From: Hydrurus foetidus
Lineage: Eukaryota
Direction of reading: 5' to 3'
Length of the DNA: 64,000 nt
Assembly (NCBI GenBank): GCA_900617105.1
Contig: UYFQ01000004.1
Span: forward strand, 248,001 to 312,000
Both the position numbers and the translations under genes were made by a program. Shown here one piece after another: positions 59,270-64,000 of the stretch (position 1 is the stretch's first letter; the number at the start of each line of letters is the position of its first letter). The notes beneath the pieces were generated by a model. The model did not search any database. It saw only the letters and a list, made by a program, of their open reading frames with translations, and was not told where the DNA came from.

Positions 59270-60343
59270 ATGTCGCCTCGTCCCTCTTCTTCCACAGCGC
59301 GTTCCCGTGCCACAGGCCGTGTCACCCTGTCTGACGTGGCGCAGCTCGCGGGGGTCAGCCCGATCACCGTGTCGCGGGCACTCAGGGGCGAGCGGGCGGT
59401 AGACCCGGATTTGATCGCCCGCGTGAAAGATGCCGCGCTGAAACTCGGCTACGTGCCCGACCCTGCCGCGCGCGCCTTGGCCTCGCGCCACGGCTCGCAT
59501 GTGGCGGTGCTGATCCCCATGCTCTCGAACGCGCTGTTTGTGGACTTGCTCGAAGCCGTGCAGCGCACCCTGCGCCCAGCGGGCTACCAGACGCTGATTG
59601 GCATCACCCACTACGACCAGGGCGAAGAGGAGCAACTGCTGCGCGAGCAACTCCAGCACCGCCCTGCCGGGCTGCTGGTGACAGGCTTTGACCGCAACGA
59701 AGCGACACGGGCGCTGATCGCAGGCAGTGGCGTGCCCTGCGTTCACCTGATGGAGCTGGGGGATGAGCGCAGTGAACCCAGCGCCCCTCATGCCCCTCCC
59801 CACCCGCCCATTTACACGGTGGGCCTCTCGCAAACCCGCGCCGCCGCCGCGCTGACTCAGCATTTGCTGGCACAAGGCTACCGCCGCATCGCCTTCGCCG
59901 CTGCCCAGCTCGACCCGCGCACCCTGCAACGCCGCGATGGCTGGCGCACCGAGATGGCCGCGCACGGCTTGCACGACACCACCCTGGAATGGCTGAACCC
60001 AGCGCCCTCGTCGCTGGCCGTGGGCGGGCAGATGTTCGCGCAAATCATCGGCCAAAATCCCCCGGTGGACGCGATCTTCTTTTGCAACGACGATCTGGCC
60101 CAAGGTGCCCTGCTGGCAGCGTTGCGCCTAGGCGTTGCTGTGCCAGAGCGCGTGGCGATTGCCGGGTTCAACGACCTGACGGGCTCTGACCAAATGCTGC
60201 CCCCGCTGACCACGGTGCGCACCCCCCGTGCCGACGTGGGCACCGCCGCTGCCGGTATGCTGCTGGCGCTAATGCAAGGCAAAAAGCCTGAACACACCAG
60301 CGTCGATGTCGGCTTTGAAGTCATCGTGCGCGGCAGCACCTGA
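59270..60343 (+). CDS. LacI-family regulator (gluconate repressor-like)
   Basis: TLSDVAQLAGVSPITVSRAL, FFCNDDLA, PPLTTV. Confidence 0.93.
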   Translation: MSPRPSSSTARSRATGRVTLSDVAQLAGVSPITVSRALRGERAVDPDLIARVKDAALKLGYVPDPAARALASRHGSHVAVLIPMLSNALFVDLLEAVQRTLRPAGYQTLIGITHYDQGEEEQLLREQLQHRPAGLLVTGFDRNEATRALIAGSGVPCVHLMELGDERSEPSAPHAPPHPPIYTVGLSQTRAAAALTQHLLAQGYRRIAFAAAQLDPRTLQRRDGWRTEMAAHGLHDTTLEWLNPAPSSLAVGGQMFAQIIGQNPPVDAIFFCNDDLAQGALLAALRLGVAVPERVAIAGFNDLTGSDQMLPPLTTVRTPRADVGTAAAGMLLALMQGKKPEHTSVDVGFEVIVRGST

Positions 60344-60393
60344 ACATCCCAGCACAGCATGTCCCCATCATCCCTGCAACTTGACCGAACCCG

Positions 60394-61176
60394 ATGGCTC
60401 CTCACACCCCCACCTTCCCCGCCATGCTCCTGGCCGCCGGGCGCGGCGAACGCATGCGCCCCCTCACCGACCACACGCCCAAGCCACTGCTCACCGTGCG
60501 TGGCAAGCCGCTGATGCAGTGGGCGATGGAAGGGCTGGCGCGGGGTGGGTTTACCGATGTGGTGGTCAACACGGCATGGTTGGGCGAGAAAATTTCAAAT
60601 CATTTTGGTCTTTTGAGCATATTGGACGTGCTACAAAAGCTATCAAATTCAGAGCACCCTCCAAAACAAGCCTCATCATCCACAGCAGTCAACATCCGCT
60701 ACTCCCACGAAGGCCGAGACTTTGGTGGCGCACTGGAAACCGCCGGTGGCATCGCCCGCGCTCTGCCGTTGCTGGGTGAGGCGTTTTGGGTACTGGCTGG
60801 GGATATTTACGCGCCGGACTTTGTGTTTTCCAGCACCTCGGTAGAGCGTTTTATCGCCAGCGGCAAACTCGCCCACCTGTGGCTGGTGCGCAACCCTGCG
60901 CACAATCCGAGGGGCGATTTTGGGCTGGCGGCAGACGGCACCGTGCTGAACCAAGCCGATGCGATGCTCACCTACAGCACCTACGGCCTGTACCGCAGCA
61001 CCTTGTTCGCTAAGCCCTGGTGCGACATCCCCAGCGGCAACCCCGAGGGCCACAAAGCCGCCCTGGCCCCGCTGCTGCGCACCGCCATCGCCCAAGGGGC
61101 TGTGAGTGGCGAGCTGTACGAGGGCGCGTGGACGGATGTGGGCACGCCCGATCGGCTGGCTGCGCTGAACGACTGA
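60394..61176 (+). CDS. murU: Nucleotidyltransferase, MurNAc-1-P uridylyltransferase-like
   Basis: LAAGRGERMRPLTDHTPKPL, ALETAGGI, WTDVGTP. Confidence 0.85.
   Translation: MAPHTPTFPAMLLAAGRGERMRPLTDHTPKPLLTVRGKPLMQWAMEGLARGGFTDVVVNTAWLGEKISNHFGLLSILDVLQKLSNSEHPPKQASSSTAVNIRYSHEGRDFGGALETAGGIARALPLLGEAFWVLAGDIYAPDFVFSSTSVERFIASGKLAHLWLVRNPAHNPRGDFGLAADGTVLNQADAMLTYSTYGLYRSTLFAKPWCDIPSGNPEGHKAALAPLLRTAIAQGAVSGELYEGAWTDVGTPDRLAALND
60608..60655 (-). repeat. Dispersed ~48-bp motif copy (in murU)
   Basis: GCTCTGAATTTGATAGC-TTTTGTAGCA-CGTCCAATAT-GCTCAAAAGA-C. Confidence 0.7.
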
Positions 61177-61278
61177 CGTTACCCCGTTGACATTGAATCT
61201 GCGAGCGCGATTCGGGGGCCGCCATGCGGCGCGATAATCCCTGTTTAGAACACGTCTTCCACGCGAAAGAGAGCAACC

Positions 61279-61896
61279 ATGGCCTCCGTCAATAAAGTCA
61301 TCATCCTAGGCAACCTGGGCAAAGACCCCGAAATCCGCTATTTGCCCAGCGGCGAAGCGGTGGCCAACATCACCGTCGCCACCACCGACAAGTACAAAGA
61401 CAAAGCCACCGGCGAGCCACGAGAGATTACCGAATGGCACCGTATCAGCTTCTTTGGCCGTCTGGCCGAAGTGGTGGGCCAGTACCTGAAAAAAGGCAGC
61501 CAGGTCTACGTTGAAGGCAGCATCCGCACCCGCAAATGGACGGACAAAGAAGGCCAAGAGCGCTACAGCACCGAAATCAAAGCCGACACCATGCAAATGC
61601 TGGGCAGCCGCCAAGGCATGGGCGGCCCCGAGGGCGGGCAAGCTGCGCCACGCGCGCAGGGAGGTCAAGGCGGGGGCCAGGGTTACAACAACAACGCAGG
61701 CCAGGGTGCCGGTCAAGGCGACGGCGGTTATGACGGTGGCTACGATGCCGGTGGTTACGACAACGCGCCCCCCGCACCACCCCGCCGTCCCCCGCCTTCG
61801 CGCCCCGCGCCAGCACCGATGGCCGCAGCACGGCCCGCACCGGCGCCCAAGGCCGCATCGGGGTTTGACGATATGGATGACGATATTCCGTTTTGA
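61279..61896 (+). CDS. ssb: Single-stranded DNA-binding protein
   Basis: [23 protein letters not shown] tail. Confidence 0.98.
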   Translation: MASVNKVIILGNLGKDPEIRYLPSGEAVANITVATTDKYKDKATGEPREITEWHRISFFGRLAEVVGQYLKKGSQVYVEGSIRTRKWTDKEGQERYSTEIKADTMQMLGSRQGMGGPEGGQAAPRAQGGQGGGQGYNNNAGQGAGQGDGGYDGGYDAGGYDNAPPAPPRRPPPSRPAPAPMAAARPAPAPKAASGFDDMDDDIPF

Positions 61897-62102
61897 GGCC
61901 TATTGATCCGGCCGGATCAATAACGTTCGAAGTTGCGGGCTTGACGCAGCTTTATGAAGCAAGCCGTTCTCAACCGCATATTGAGTGCTGGGCGGTAAAC
62001 TCCATCCGCAAATCGGCAATGGCCTCATAACCCCGATTGGGGCCGGGGCCACTTCGTTCTGGATTGCCTCCATGCCACAATGCCCAGCCCATGTGTCTTG
62101 GC

Positions 62103-64000
62103 TCATTGCATCTGGAATACCTGGACCCGGTTGCGGCCCTCCGCCTTGGCTTGGTACATTGCAAAATCAGCATTCTTCGCCAATTCGATATCGACGCTGC
62201 CATGCTCCGGATAGAGCGCGATGCCGATGCTGGAGCTGATGCTGACCCTATGTTCGTCTAGGGCGAATGGCTGGTTCAAGGCCTCACGGATCTTCTCGGC
62301 CACCCGGATCGCATTCTCAGCATTGACGGCCTCGGGCAGGAATACGACGAACTCATCCCCGCCGATGCGGCCCACGGTGTCCGAATCGCGCAGACAGGCC
62401 GACATCCGGCAGGCAACCTCCTTCAGAACCAGATCACCGGCGGCATGGCCATGAATGTCGTTGACCGGCTTGAATCTGTCCAGGTCGATGAACATCAGCG
62501 CGGGCTTGCTCATATTGCGCTTGGCCAGCGTCAGGCCCTTGGTGACGAGTTCGAAGAACAAGGCACGGTTAGGCAGTTGCGTCAGGCCATCGTAATGCGC
62601 CAGTTGGGCCAATCTGTCATGGGTTCGTTTGCGCTCGGTGATGTCGAGCTTGACCGCGACATAGTTGATCGTCGTCCCGTCAGCATCCTTGACCGGCGCG
62701 ATATGGGCCTCTTCCCAATAGATTTCGCCCGATTTGCGGCGGTTGATCAACTCCCCGTTCCACAGTTCGCCGCGCCTGAGCGCAGCCCACATCGCGCGGT
62801 AGACCAAAGGATCTGTCTCGCCGGACTGCAAGAATCGCGGGTTCTGGCCCAACGCTTCGGCGGATGAATAGCCGGTTTCCTTGCTGAACTGCGGGTTGAC
62901 ATACTCGATGATGCTGTCCGGTCCGGTGATCAGTACCGCGGTCGGACTCTGGTCGATGGCGGTGGACAAGACCTTGAGTTGCAAATCGGCTTGTTTGGAA
63001 CGGGCCAGGCCGAGCTTGAGCTGCCGGTTGATGCGGTGGATGTAGACCGCCAGTCCCGTAAGCAGGCCGACCAGCGCCACTGCGATGACCAGTTGGCTGC
63101 GCAGTCGGAGCAGGTCGGTCTCAAGGTCGGTCTCATACAAAAAACCTTCCAGGCTGAAATCGGCGGGCAGCATGCCGATCTCGTTATAGGTGTCGGCGAT
63201 ATGGCGCCAGCGGCCCGGGTTCATATAGCCGACCTCGATCAGGTCGGTGCGCATCAGGCTGACCATCTGTCTGGCTTCGAACTGCAAATGGGAGCGCGAA
63301 TCCGCGGTCAGCTCCGCGCTGGCGTACTTGGACAGAATCAGCTCGATGATTTCATCCGGATGCTCCATTGCATAGTGCCAACCGCGCAGGCTGGCGGCCC
63401 GGAAGGCTTTGACGCGCGCCGGATATAGCCGCAATTGCTCCTCCGAGGTGAACAGGTTATCACCATAGAAATCGATACCAGCCGAGCGCGGCGTATAGAT
63501 CTGATAGGCAAAGCCGGCCAGATCCAACTGATAGGGCTCGACGGTCGAATAGGCGGAAACGGCTTCCGCGCTGCCATCGACCAGACTCTTTGACGAGAAG
63601 TTGTGCTTGATCAGCTTGATATTGCCGGAGGCAATGCCTTCCCGTTTCAGATAGGCCAACAACTCCTCTGACTGCGGCTCCAGCATGATGCGTTTGCCGG
63701 CCAGATCATGGATGGTTTGCCCTGCAGTCAGGCGGCTCGCAATCAGCACCTGCGGTGAATGCTGGAACACCACGGCCAACACCACGACCGGTCGACCGGC
63801 CTTTCTGGCCAGCAACAGGCTGCTGGTGCCCACGCCAAAATCTGCCCGACCCGACAGAACCTCGTCGAGCGGATCGATATCCGGCCCGGCCTCACTGAGG
63901 TTGACATCCAAGCCCGCCTGCGCGTAGTAGCCAAGCTCCTTAGCGGCGTAGTAGCCGGCGAATTGGAAGGCATGCTGCCATTTCAGCTGCAAGCGCACTG
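62103..64000 (-). CDS. Diguanylate cyclase: NMT1/THI5-like sensor + TM + PAS + GGDEF (5' end outside window)
   Basis: LKWQHAFQFAGYYAA, PAS NPRFLQSG, RDSD I-site, GGDEF. Confidence 0.9.
   Translation of the reverse strand, partial: VRLQLKWQHAFQFAGYYAAKELGYYAQAGLDVNLSEAGPDIDPLDEVLSGRADFGVGTSSLLLARKAGRPVVVLAVVFQHSPQVLIASRLTAGQTIHDLAGKRIMLEPQSEELLAYLKREGIASGNIKLIKHNFSSKSLVDGSAEAVSAYSTVEPYQLDLAGFAYQIYTPRSAGIDFYGDNLFTSEEQLRLYPARVKAFRAASLRGWHYAMEHPDEIIELILSKYASAELTADSRSHLQFEARQMVSLMRTDLIEVGYMNPGRWRHIADTYNEIGMLPADFSLEGFLYETDLETDLLRLRSQLVIAVALVGLLTGLAVYIHRINRQLKLGLARSKQADLQLKVLSTAIDQSPTAVLITGPDSIIEYVNPQFSKETGYSSAEALGQNPRFLQSGETDPLVYRAMWAALRRGELWNGELINRRKSGEIYWEEAHIAPVKDADGTTINYVAVKLDITERKRTHDRLAQLAHYDGLTQLPNRALFFELVTKGLTLAKRNMSKPALMFIDLDRFKPVNDIHGHAAGDLVLKEVACRMSACLRDSDTVGRIGGDEFVVFLPEAVNAENAIRVAEKIREALNQPFALDEHRVSISSSIGIALYPEHGSVDIELAKNADFAMYQAKAEGRNRVQVFQMQ

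Noticed and set aside
61600..61860. Low-complexity GGQ/DGGY/Pro repeats in ssb
   Set aside because: Normal disordered SSB linker.

Overview
GC-rich betaproteobacterial chromosome segment. Gene content and order look like Comamonadaceae (Rhodoferax-like; this is an inference). Core genes (sucCD, argC, recA-recX, birA, SET + topB, gap-tkt, murU, ssb) are interspersed with a phenylacetate catabolic (paa) cluster with its own ABC transporter and PaaX operator, a Tat-lipoprotein amidase, small catabolic operons using Bug transporters, and several toxin-antitoxin loci. Main observations: (1) a degenerate, fixed-spacing motif of about 48 bp in at least 15 copies, 11 of them inside coding sequences; (2) a lower-GC three-gene cassette (TIGR04255-like, HTH, and a PemK-like ORF split by an IS5 element) bracketed by yjjJ and an orphan copy of the yjjJ 3' end; (3) five tandem 22-bp iteron-like repeats upstream of an AAA+/DUF4143 gene; (4) a perfect 19-bp inverted repeat containing the start codons of two divergent genes; (5) a Z-DNA-prone tract between SET and topB. 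All calls were made by eye, with no database searches.
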